A DNA stretch of 64,000 nucleotides, from assembly GCA_964637845.1 (NCBI GenBank), contig CAZWXI010000001.1:18762-82761 (forward strand), given 5' to 3'. The notes beneath the pieces are model-generated. The model did not search any database. It saw nothing but the letters and a program-made list of their open reading frames with translations, and was not told the origin of the DNA. The DNA comes from an uncultured Hyphomicrobiales bacterium (GTDB lineage Bacteria > Bacteroidota > Ignavibacteria > Kapaibacteriales > UBA2268). Each line of letters starts with the position of its first letter. Position 1 is the first letter of the stretch. Position numbers and translations under genes: made by a program. Shown in pieces: positions 44,355-53,583 of this stretch.

Positions 44355-46850
44355 TTATAATAACTGTTCGGGTTCATGGTAGTCTTCCGTGTTACCGTTT
44401 CCGTTACTACCTTGTTCTTCGTCATGAACAACAGTTACTATGTCTGCAATCGAATCACCTTCATCAAGTCTCATCAGTCTTACGCCTTGCGTATTCCTGC
44501 CAATAGTTCTTATCGCTTTAATGCTTTGCCTGATGACGATTCCGTTAACTGTCATAACCACTAAATCCTCTGAATCAACCGCAGTCATTAATCTAACAAC
44601 GCTACCTGTTTTTGGAGTGATATTCATGGAAATTACACCTTTTGCTCCGCGTCGTGTAAGCCTGAAGTCCTCGTATCTTGTTCGTTTACCATAACCGTTT
44701 TCGCTCACGACAAGTACCTGAGCATCTTGGCGCCTAATGATAATCATCGAAACTACTTTATCGGATTTGCCGAGGCTAATGCCTTTTACTCCAGCCGCTG
44801 TTCTACCCATAGACCTGACTTCAGCTTCACGAAACCTGCAAGCGAGTCCATTCTTTGTGCCTATTATTATCTCGGCACTACCATCACTCAATCCTGCTGA
44901 GATTAATTTATCATCATCGTTCAATCCAATAGCAATTATGCCGTTAGAACGCACATTGGCAAATCGTGATAACTCAGTCTTTTTGGTTACTCCTTGTTCA
45001 GTACACATTATCACAAACTCATTATCAGAAAATTCCCTAACAGGCATCAATGCTGTTACCTTTTCATTTGCTTCCTTGGCTATCACATTTGCAAGCGAGC
45101 GTCCCTTTGCGGTTCTGCTGCCTTCCGGTAAATCATAAACCTTAATCTTATAGACTTTTCCTGCATCGGTGAAAAACAGCAAATAATGATGAGTTGATGC
45201 TTGATAAATAAATTCAATAAAATCGTCATCGTATGTGGTCGAACCGCTCGAACCTCTGCCACCCTTGTTTTGCCTGCGATAACTACTGAGAGGTGTACGT
45301 TTTATAAATCCTTTATGCGAGATTGTAACGATAACATCTTCATCGACTATCATATCCTCAATAGTAAATTCCTTGGCATCAAGCACTACTTCAGTTCTAC
45401 GAGAATCACCGAATTTATCTCTTAACTCTGTCAATTCGGTCTTAATGATTTCCATTTGTAAATTATTGCTTGCTAAAATTGCTTTTAATTTTTCGATTAA
45501 TTGAATTAAATCACGATATTCTTTTTCGATTTTTTCTCTTTCCAAACCGGTCAATCTTTGTAACCTAAGGTCTAATATTGCTTTGGATTGCACTTCGGTC
45601 AATCCAAATTTTTCTTGCAATCCCATAGATGCTGTTTGCGGGTCACGCGATGCTCGGATTAGAGCAATTACAGCATCTAAATTATCCAAAGCTATTTTAA
45701 AACCCTCTAAAATATGAGCTCTTTTCTCTGCGGCATCAAGCTCAAATCTTGTTCGCCTTACAATAACTTCATTGCGGAACTCAACAAAATGCCTTACCAT
45801 TTCACGCAAAGTCAATACTTTAGGACGTCCCTTGACCAAGGCTAGCATAATAGACCCAAAAGTTATTTGCATCTGCGTATGCTTGAATAGATTATTCAAT
45901 ACTACCTCGGGACTACCGTCACGCTTCAAATCTATAACGATACGCATTCCGTCACGGTCAGACTCATCATTTAATCCAGAAATATCTTCTAAAACTTTTG
46001 CACGCACCAATTCGGCAATTTTTTCAATTAATGTGGCTTTGTTTACCTGATAAGGCAGTTCGGTTACTATTATAGATTGTTTTGTACCCGTTTTATTTTC
46101 CTCGAAGGCAACTTTGGCACGAACAGTTACTTTGCCCTTACCGGTCGTATAGGTTTCCCTAACACCTTCATAACCGTAAATTATACCACCTGTGGGAAAA
46201 TCCGGAGCAGGAATATATTTCATAAGTTCTTCAGAAGTAATCTCACGGTTTTCGATGTAAGCTATCGAACCATTTATGACTTCCCGTAAGTTGTGCGGTG
46301 GAATATTCGTCGCCATTCCAACTGCTATTCCGCTCGCACCATTAATCAGGAGTGTCGGCAATACCGTCGGCAATACCGTCGGCTCTTTGAGTGATTCATC
46401 AAAGTTTGGCTGAAAATCAACTGTATTTTTGTCTATATCCCTTAAAGTTTGAATCGCGATTTGAGCCAGTCTCGTTTCAGTGTAACGCATCGCGGCTGGA
46501 GGGTCGCCGTCTATTGAACCGTAGTTACCCTGACCGTCAACAAGGGGATACCTCATGCTCCAATCTTGAGCTAATCTGACCATGGCGTCATAAACGGAAG
46601 AATCACCATGAGGGTGATATTTACCGAGTACTTCACCGACAAGTCGTGCTGATTTCTTATAAGCTCGATTTGGTAATAATCCCAATTCTTGCATTGCAAA
46701 TAGGATTCTGCGGTGCACCGGCTTCAAACCGTCTCTCACATCGGGTAACGCGCGAGATACTATTACAGACATTGAATAATCCAAATATGAGCTTCTCATC
46801 TCGTCTTCTAACAATGTCTGTACTATTGTTTCTTGATTTAAAAGTGACAT
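44355..46850 (-). CDS. gyrA: DNA gyrase subunit A
   Basis: AMRYTE active-site Tyr region, [17 protein letters not shown] (QRDR), C-terminal beta-pinwheel repeats. Confidence 0.97.
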   Translation of the reverse strand: MSLLNQETIVQTLLEDEMRSSYLDYSMSVIVSRALPDVRDGLKPVHRRILFAMQELGLLPNRAYKKSARLVGEVLGKYHPHGDSSVYDAMVRLAQDWSMRYPLVDGQGNYGSIDGDPPAAMRYTETRLAQIAIQTLRDIDKNTVDFQPNFDESLKEPTVLPTVLPTLLINGASGIAVGMATNIPPHNLREVINGSIAYIENREITSEELMKYIPAPDFPTGGIIYGYEGVRETYTTGKGKVTVRAKVAFEENKTGTKQSIIVTELPYQVNKATLIEKIAELVRAKVLEDISGLNDESDRDGMRIVIDLKRDGSPEVVLNNLFKHTQMQITFGSIMLALVKGRPKVLTLREMVRHFVEFRNEVIVRRTRFELDAAEKRAHILEGFKIALDNLDAVIALIRASRDPQTASMGLQEKFGLTEVQSKAILDLRLQRLTGLEREKIEKEYRDLIQLIEKLKAILASNNLQMEIIKTELTELRDKFGDSRRTEVVLDAKEFTIEDMIVDEDVIVTISHKGFIKRTPLSSYRRQNKGGRGSSGSTTYDDDFIEFIYQASTHHYLLFFTDAGKVYKIKVYDLPEGSRTAKGRSLANVIAKEANEKVTALMPVREFSDNEFVIMCTEQGVTKKTELSRFANVRSNGIIAIGLNDDDKLISAGLSDGSAEIIIGTKNGLACRFREAEVRSMGRTAAGVKGISLGKSDKVVSMIIIRRQDAQVLVVSENGYGKRTRYEDFRLTRRGAKGVISMNITPKTGSVVRLMTAVDSEDLVVMTVNGIVIRQSIKAIRTIGRNTQGVRLMRLDEGDSIADIVTVVHDEEQGSNGNGNTEDYHEPEQLL

Positions 46851-46951
46851 TCTACAATATATAGTTAATTATTAATTGTCTATAATAAACTTACAAATAT
46901 ACGAATTTTTAAGAGATTATACTAAGAAAAATGATTAACAATTTGCCTCAA

Positions 46952-49900
46952 TTAACAGATTAATTCATCACTGTCGAGAAAAATGCCGCGTGATTTAATA
47001 TGCTCAATCAATGACGAGTAAATTTCGGATTTGCACAATACTTCAGAATTTCCTGTAATGACAAAGTGAGATTGAGCACGCGTTATTGCAACATTTAATT
47101 TCCTGTCAATTTCCTTGCCTTCAAACTTGCTTGGGTTGCATAAAGAGTGAAGTAATTGAGGATAATTCACGGCTATTGTCATGATAATAAATTGTCTTTG
47201 ACTGCCTTGGAACCTTTCTACTGTATCAACTAAAATCAAATCCAATTTGTCTTCCAGCAAATAGCTTTTTACAAGACTGCATTGTGAACGAAAAGGTGCA
47301 ATTACTCCAACCGTTGTTGAATCAAAGCTATTTGCAAGCGTATTTTTTATTGCGTAACAAAAAGCTCTGACTATTTGAGCTTCGGTAATTGATTGTTTAA
47401 ATCCAATATCATACTTACAATCAACAAAAATCATTCTCTTCTGAGAAAGGACTTGCTCAAGGCGATTTTGGCTATCGGGAGAGAAATTTTTAATTTTTTC
47501 TTTCTGATGCAAGCCGAATATTTTCAGTTTATTGTTATAGAAATAACGATTTGGAAATAATTCTATATCTTCGTGCATTCTCGCTTGGTAAATCAGTGTA
47601 TCGTAACAATCATGCCATCCGTTTATTTTTGCTTGTCTGATTAATCTTTCAAACAGTGAAATCGTTAAGTCACTCATAGATATAGCTTTAAGTATATCGT
47701 TATCAATAAGCGAATACATGCTGTCTTGCGAAAATATAGCAGGCAATTGCCTTTCATCACCAATTAGAATGAACTTCTTTACGTATGAAAGTATTCCGGA
47801 TAGCTGATATTCGGGTATTTGTGATGCTTCGTCCACAATAGCCGTATCAAAATCAAACAATGAAAATATTTCTTTATTTGAGACAGCAGTAGCAACTGTC
47901 GAAATAATTAATCGTGCCTTTCCAACTTCTTTATATAAATCTCTCAACGACAAACGCTCTGCTAAATCCGCCACTAATCGCTTGGAATTTCTTCTAGCGG
48001 CTTTTGAACCGACTCTCAAATAGTTGATCTTTGGCGAGATACCGGCAACAACATCCTCAATCTCATCTACTGCTCTATTTGTATATGCAATAATTAATAC
48101 TTTACGTTGTTCCTCATGCGAAAATTGCTCTACCAAAGCCTTAAGCATATATGTTGTTTTACCGGTGCCGGGAGGTCCTTGTATAATGAAATAATCTTTT
48201 GCTTGCACACATTTTCTGAAAATTTCATTTTGTTTGTCATTTAAATATTGTTTTGGTTTAACATCAGAAGCACCAAACTCAGGTCTTCTGATCCCCAAAA
48301 ATAGTTCTCGAAATTTTTTGTTTGACTTTAAGAGTCTGAAAATTGAAGCTAAAACTGCTCTATTGGATGATTCGATTCTATCTGAAATAATAGCCCAATC
48401 GGTTGCCACATTAAATTTATCGCGTTTGAATGATTTATTACGAAGGGATAGTCTTATGGAAGTATTTGTCGCTTCAATGACAGAACCCCTAAGCACTTGG
48501 TCTTTATGAGGTAAGCATTCTCCGTAAGAATCATATGCAAATAAAACAACAATATCTCCTTCCCGGATTGAAGTAAATTGCATTTGCTCACATTTGGCAT
48601 CGAATTCCATATGCAATTTATCAGGATCACTTTTCTCAATGTTGAGTTTTAAGTCCTTTATTATATGGCTATTATGTATATTATCAAATTTGTTCAAATT
48701 CCACAAATTCGAATATGGTTTTGAATTATTGGACGCAAAATAGCCGATTTTTAAAGAAAATATTTCACGATAAGCAAAAGATAATTGCTCTTTAAACCAC
48801 TCCCGAGTAATTTCATCTGCTTTTTTATAATGTCCGAAAAATTCTAAGATATCTTTTGAAATAAAATTAATGCCGGGCAATTCTACTTTATCGTTTTCGA
48901 AAATCTTAAATCGTCTGTTTGCAATAGTGAACTCAAGTGCAACAATATAATTACGGTGCTTAAGTAGTTGTTGTTTATAGAGAAAGACATTTGGTACATT
49001 TCTAAGTGTATCTTTAGTATCTTTGGAATATAATATCGCAGATGTTCCGAAACGAGAATTATTCAGTTCATCAAGCAGCAAATTATAGCCCGTAACCTGA
49101 GCGATATGTTGTTCCCATGCACCAATGGCGATTCTATAATGATTGTCACCGCGAACGGTCATATTAAGACTCGGTGCTTTACCCGACTTCATTTCAATAA
49201 TATTAACTTCCGAAAAATCATCGGATTTAATATCAGCCAAATCCAGTCTGCCCTGTAATCCGTATGTTGGAGATATAAAGGACGGCTCAATTACAGGCTG
49301 AGAAAATTTATCTTTGCTTAAAAATACTTTCAAATTACTGAAATGTAGTTCTAAATTCGCTTTTAATTCATCATATATATTTGCGTTTTTCTTGAATAAA
49401 GCAAAGAAACCTAGAGGCTCGATTCTTAAAGACTGTCCTAAAGTACTTTCAAAATCAGCATTCTCTTCTTCAATTAATTTATCGAAAGTAAAATTTACAA
49501 TTTTACCCAAGAGTAAATGAAAATTATTTTCGGGTTCTTTTAATTTGGATATCAGATTTATTAGATAATCTATACCTGTTTTGTAAAAACTTCCTGAAAG
49601 TTCAGTTACATCAACAAGATAGTCTGGCTCAATAATGACCAATGTTCTTCCTGTTGTTTCGTATTTCCTTTCACTTACTAAATTCAAATCAATTATATTA
49701 ATTCTATTATTAATTCTTAAATAATTATTGATGTCATTCCAAGGTTCTTTAAATTTTATTTGAACTACATTTTCAAATTCATCAACGAAATTATAAATTG
49801 TGCCTATATCATTCTGAGATATTTTCTTAGTACATATTAAATTATACAAACTCGTCAATTCTTTATTATAAGTAGTGAATGATTCAAAATAAGTTAAAAC

Positions 49901-50260
49901 ATTACTAAATTTATCATTGTCAATTTCATTTGTCGAAATATAATTGATTATTAATTCAACAAGTTGCTTACAAGCATTTACCGCAGCTTCTATATCTTTA
50001 ATTTTATAGATATTCCTCGGCTTTATAAGAAAATTAAATTTGTTAAATAAATCTTTTAAATTTTTAGGAAATTTGTATTTCTCATGTAAAAACGCATTAA
50101 GGGCAAACGAACTTGGAAAACTCTGATTCTCGAGTAACGACAGATTATAGTAAAATTCACTTAGGATTGAATGCAGTTTCTTTAATGTCTTAAAATTTAT
50201 CTGTGATGCTGATTCTGCGACTATTTCGACTAAATCTAAATATTGCTTCGAGTTGACCAT
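46952..50260 (-). CDS. RecB-like PD-(D/E)XK nuclease fused to a Upf1/Dna2-type SF1B helicase (1102 aa), with an N-terminal ~320-aa domain of unknown function
   Basis: Nuclease motifs GRLD (aa 337-340), EMK (aa 356-358), QVTGY (aa 388-392). Helicase motifs GPPGTGKT (694-701), DEASQ (810-814), GDERQLP (834-840), VDTVERFQGSQR (1011-1022), LNVAITRA (1055-1062). Confidence 0.8.
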   Translation of the reverse strand: MVNSKQYLDLVEIVAESASQINFKTLKKLHSILSEFYYNLSLLENQSFPSSFALNAFLHEKYKFPKNLKDLFNKFNFLIKPRNIYKIKDIEAAVNACKQLVELIINYISTNEIDNDKFSNVLTYFESFTTYNKELTSLYNLICTKKISQNDIGTIYNFVDEFENVVQIKFKEPWNDINNYLRINNRINIIDLNLVSERKYETTGRTLVIIEPDYLVDVTELSGSFYKTGIDYLINLISKLKEPENNFHLLLGKIVNFTFDKLIEEENADFESTLGQSLRIEPLGFFALFKKNANIYDELKANLELHFSNLKVFLSKDKFSQPVIEPSFISPTYGLQGRLDLADIKSDDFSEVNIIEMKSGKAPSLNMTVRGDNHYRIAIGAWEQHIAQVTGYNLLLDELNNSRFGTSAILYSKDTKDTLRNVPNVFLYKQQLLKHRNYIVALEFTIANRRFKIFENDKVELPGINFISKDILEFFGHYKKADEITREWFKEQLSFAYREIFSLKIGYFASNNSKPYSNLWNLNKFDNIHNSHIIKDLKLNIEKSDPDKLHMEFDAKCEQMQFTSIREGDIVVLFAYDSYGECLPHKDQVLRGSVIEATNTSIRLSLRNKSFKRDKFNVATDWAIISDRIESSNRAVLASIFRLLKSNKKFRELFLGIRRPEFGASDVKPKQYLNDKQNEIFRKCVQAKDYFIIQGPPGTGKTTYMLKALVEQFSHEEQRKVLIIAYTNRAVDEIEDVVAGISPKINYLRVGSKAARRNSKRLVADLAERLSLRDLYKEVGKARLIISTVATAVSNKEIFSLFDFDTAIVDEASQIPEYQLSGILSYVKKFILIGDERQLPAIFSQDSMYSLIDNDILKAISMSDLTISLFERLIRQAKINGWHDCYDTLIYQARMHEDIELFPNRYFYNNKLKIFGLHQKEKIKNFSPDSQNRLEQVLSQKRMIFVDCKYDIGFKQSITEAQIVRAFCYAIKNTLANSFDSTTVGVIAPFRSQCSLVKSYLLEDKLDLILVDTVERFQGSQRQFIIMTIAVNYPQLLHSLCNPSKFEGKEIDRKLNVAITRAQSHFVITGNSEVLCKSEIYSSLIEHIKSRGIFLDSDELIC

Positions 50261-50264
50261 ATGA

Positions 50265-51968
50265 TTAATTATCGGGTCTTATGTCTTTTATGCTTAATTG
50301 TGGGGACTTATTACCGCTAAATACAGAAAATTCAAAATTATAAACAATCGAAAAAGTCTTTCCACCGTTGCATAGATTAATTTTCTTGGCTAAATTTTGC
50401 CCGATAGCATCTATTGCGAAATTATTTTGTATCGCTCTGAATTTTATACTATTATTCCCGATTATTTTGATACCGTTTTGAGAACGAACTCCATTTGATA
50501 TGAATACAGGTTTATGATTTGCATAGCCATAAGGAGCAAATTTATTCAATGAATTTAAAAAAGTTGGTGAAAGTTCATTGAATTTTAATTCAGCATCAAT
50601 TAAAATCTCGGGAGTCAACATTTCAGTCGTTATGCTCATTTTCGCAAGTTCGTCAAATCTCATCCTAAATTCGGGAACATTCTCAATTTTCAGGGATAGT
50701 CCCGCGGCGTGTTTATGTCCCCCAAATTCAATCAGCAAATTTTCGCATTTTTTGAGAGCGGTATGTACATCAAAATCATTGACGCTGCGAGCCGAACCCT
50801 TAGCAACACCATCAATGTTAGTTAGCAAGACAGAAGGCAAATTATATCTGTCTACCAACCTTGACGCTACGATGCCAATTACGCCTGCATGCCACTTATC
50901 GCCATAAATCACAAGAGAGTGAGGTGAATTTTTATTTATAAGTTCCTCAGCTATCGGAATTGCTTGTTCAAATGCGTGCTGGTCAAATAATCTGCGTTTA
51001 CGATTTTCATCTTCTAAAATCTGAGCAATCCGGAACGCATAATTTTCATCTTTCTGCATCATCATTTCTACCGAACGCTTTGCATCCCCCAATCTACCTG
51101 CAGCGTTTATGAGTGGTGCTATTGCATAGACAATATTTGAAGCTGTGATGTTACCCTCTTTCAAACCCGTACAATGGATAAGCCCTTTCAGGCCGGGGCG
51201 TGGTTTACTATTGAGAAGTTTTAGCCCATAATGGACAAGTATTCGATTTTCTCCCATTAGCGGCACCATATCAGCTGCTGATGAAATCGCTACATAATCC
51301 AAGTATTCAATTGCTTTTGAGCTTATACCTAATTCATGAGCTATTGCCTGAATAAGTTTGAAAGCTACTCCACAAGCTGAGAGTGACTTAAACGGATATG
51401 GGCAATCCGGCATCAAGGGGTCAAGAATGGCAACTACCTTTGGGATCTGTTGACCCGGTTCATGATGGTCACAAATAATCGTATCAATTTTTTTCGAATG
51501 CGCGTATTCAATTTGCTCGTAGGAAGTAATACCGACATCAACAGTTATCAGAAGAGAGGCACCCCTGCTAATTCCGAGGTCAATGCTCTTTCCTGACAAT
51601 CCGTACCCGTCCACAAAGCGGTCGGGAATGTAGTAATCAACCCGTCCGCCGATTTCAGCTAAAAACTGGCATAACATCGATGTACTGGCTGTACCGTCAA
51701 CATCGTAATCACCATGAACCCAAATCAGTTCCTGCTTCCTAATCGCCTGAAGTATTCTTTCGACTGCCTTTTGCATGTCCGTCATAATGAAAGGATTATG
51801 TAAATCATTCAACGACGGATTAAGAAAACTTTCGGCATCCTCGCGGTCTTTCAATCCCCTGGATACCAATACTTCTGCCAAACTCTTGGGTACCTTCAGG
51901 TGATTTGCTATTTTCTGTACAGTTTCATCATCATTGTTTTTTCTAATTGTCCATCTATAGTTCAACAT
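50265..51968 (-). CDS. recJ: Single-stranded-DNA-specific exonuclease RecJ
   Basis: DHH family motifs (HGDYDVDG, DVGI, ICDHHEP), DHHA1 motif GGHKHAAG. ATG at 51968; the track start at 51998 is TTG. Confidence 0.9.
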   Translation of the reverse strand: MLNYRWTIRKNNDDETVQKIANHLKVPKSLAEVLVSRGLKDREDAESFLNPSLNDLHNPFIMTDMQKAVERILQAIRKQELIWVHGDYDVDGTASTSMLCQFLAEIGGRVDYYIPDRFVDGYGLSGKSIDLGISRGASLLITVDVGITSYEQIEYAHSKKIDTIICDHHEPGQQIPKVVAILDPLMPDCPYPFKSLSACGVAFKLIQAIAHELGISSKAIEYLDYVAISSAADMVPLMGENRILVHYGLKLLNSKPRPGLKGLIHCTGLKEGNITASNIVYAIAPLINAAGRLGDAKRSVEMMMQKDENYAFRIAQILEDENRKRRLFDQHAFEQAIPIAEELINKNSPHSLVIYGDKWHAGVIGIVASRLVDRYNLPSVLLTNIDGVAKGSARSVNDFDVHTALKKCENLLIEFGGHKHAAGLSLKIENVPEFRMRFDELAKMSITTEMLTPEILIDAELKFNELSPTFLNSLNKFAPYGYANHKPVFISNGVRSQNGIKIIGNNSIKFRAIQNNFAIDAIGQNLAKKINLCNGGKTFSIVYNFEFSVFSGNKSPQLSIKDIRPDN

Positions 51969-52074
51969 TAAACCTAAAACATTTATATAATTGTACAAAA
52001 TTATGCATAATTTTGTAATTTACAAAACAAAGTGTGCAAAAAATTTCACACTTTAATAGAAAATTTGAAAATAT

Positions 52075-53124
52075 ATGAAGTTTGAGAACGAAGAAGAATT
52101 AAGAAAAAAAAGTCCGATAAGGAAAACCTGCATATCTAAGCGTAAATTAGTTCGCCGAACTGGGGAAATCATTACTAATACGGAAACGGCAACTGTTATA
52201 GCTATTATAGGCAACGTTGTTATCGTTGAGCTTGATAATGCTCACGAATCGGAATATCTTGAATGTGTCGTATCAGGCAAATTGATTTCACCACATTCGA
52301 GTTCATCTCTTGTTGTAGTTGGAGACAAAGTAAAGATAGTTCGTAGCAATTCAATCGGGAAGGATAGCGGATTATTGCTCGGTCGAGTTGTTGCAGTTGA
52401 GCAACGAGACACCTATTTTTCTCGCAAAGTCGCAAGTAAAGCCAATCGAGAGCATGTCGTAGCTGCAAATTGCGACAAAATACTAATTCTATGCTCACTT
52501 GCTGACCCCATTTATAATAGGAGATTTATTGATAGAGTACTTTTAGCCGCAAAATTTGGTGATGTTGAACCCGCCATCTGTGTCAACAAAATTGATTTGT
52601 TTGATGATATCAGTATGTTTGAGGAGGATTTCGAAGTGTATAGAAAATTGGGTTACAGAGTGTTTTTCATGAGTGCTCTCAAAAATGACGGTATCGATGA
52701 GATATTCAATTACATCGAAAATTTTGTAACTTTACTGTTCGGACCTTCAGGTGTAGGAAAATCAACTTTACTAAACGATTTTTTCGGTGAACAAGTGCAA
52801 GAAGTTACCGAAATAAGTCAACGAACAGGCAAGGGACAACATACCACGAGTGCCGTAAAAATGTTCAAACTTAACAATACTACGCGAATAATTGACTCAC
52901 CCGGTGTGCGTGAATTTGCTCTTTGGAACGTAAAAAAAAACGAACTCCCCCTTTATTTCGATGATTTTGTAGAGTATATGCACAAATGCAAGTTCTCACC
53001 CTGTACTCATATCTGTGAGCCTGATTGCGCAGTTATCAACGCCGTTGAAGCAGGGGAGATTGATGCCGAGCGTTACAACAGCTATTTAAATATTTTAGAC
53101 ACAACCAACGACGAAATCTTTTGA
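52075..53124 (+). CDS. rsgA: Ribosome small-subunit-dependent GTPase RsgA
   Basis: OB domain, circularly permuted GTPase (NKIDL before GPSGVGKSTLLN), C-terminal zinc finger CKFSPCTHICEPDCAV. Confidence 0.9.
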   Translation: MKFENEEELRKKSPIRKTCISKRKLVRRTGEIITNTETATVIAIIGNVVIVELDNAHESEYLECVVSGKLISPHSSSSLVVVGDKVKIVRSNSIGKDSGLLLGRVVAVEQRDTYFSRKVASKANREHVVAANCDKILILCSLADPIYNRRFIDRVLLAAKFGDVEPAICVNKIDLFDDISMFEEDFEVYRKLGYRVFFMSALKNDGIDEIFNYIENFVTLLFGPSGVGKSTLLNDFFGEQVQEVTEISQRTGKGQHTTSAVKMFKLNNTTRIIDSPGVREFALWNVKKNELPLYFDDFVEYMHKCKFSPCTHICEPDCAVINAVEAGEIDAERYNSYLNILDTTNDEIF

Positions 53125-53168
53125 TTTTTAACATTCGTTGATTTTTGCTACTTTTGTAAAGGCGACAT

Positions 53169-53255
53169 GGAGAGGTGGCAGAGTGGTTGAATGTGGCGGT
53201 CTCGAAAACCGTTGTACGGGCAACTGTACCGAGGGTTCGAATCCCTCCCTCTCCG
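53169..53255 (+). tRNA. tRNA-Ser (anticodon CGA), class II with a long variable arm; CCA not encoded
   Basis: Hand fold: acceptor GGAGAGG/CCTCTCC, anticodon stem GCGGT/ACCGT with loop CTCGAAA, variable arm GTACGG-GCAA-CTGTAC, T arm GAGGG-TTCGAAT-CCCTC, discriminator G. Confidence 0.9.
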
Positions 53256-53495
53256 CAAAATGAATGTAAAGAAACACTTAACTCCCGATGTTTCATGTAT
53301 AGAAAATTCGCTTCCATATGTTTCCAACACTTTTGTAAAATGTAAAAACGTCTTCCTTTTTCTGCAATCAGGGCTTTTTGTTTCGTCCGACATTTTTAAT
53401 TTCCAAGTTTGTTTTTAGGGTTTAACAAATTGTCCGATTAAATTCTAACTAATGTAAAAAAATTATCGTACCCTTTTCATCTACCCGAACTTCCC

Positions 53496-53535
53496 TCAAA
53501 ACAAAAGAGAAGAAGCCACTGTTAGCGAATTCTTC
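53496..53535 (-). terminator. Possible clpC terminator
   Basis: On the minus strand, a GAAGAA...TTCTTC stem (extendable with one mismatch and G-U pairs) is followed by TCTTTTGTTTTG. The stem is weak and AT-rich. Confidence 0.35.
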
Positions 53536-53583
53536 ACTTAATAATACCGTTATTTAAATGTTTAAAGACTATGCTCAATGATA

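Noticed and set aside
46354-46383. 2.5 copies of a perfect 12-nt tandem repeat (GTCGGCAATACC) inside gyrA, encoding [10 protein letters not shown]. It looked like a recent 4-aa duplication in a conserved region.
   Set aside because: Aligning by eye with the E. coli GyrA segment as I recall it (PDVMPTKIPNLLVNG) gives [15 protein letters not shown] with no extra residues. The protein length is therefore canonical and the repeat is not an insertion.
53036-53418. Three track ORFs (53036-53317 minus, 53148-53393 minus, 53191-53418 plus) downstream of rsgA.
   Set aside because: They overlap a well-folding tRNA-Ser(CGA) at 53169-53255 and have no start context or motifs.
53256-53583. 328-bp non-coding stretch next to tRNA-Ser, considered as an integration scar or ncRNA locus.
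   Set aside because: I saw no repeat of the tRNA 3' end, no integrase or mobile gene nearby, and no GC-rich structured segment. It probably holds only the clpC terminator and tRNA flanks.
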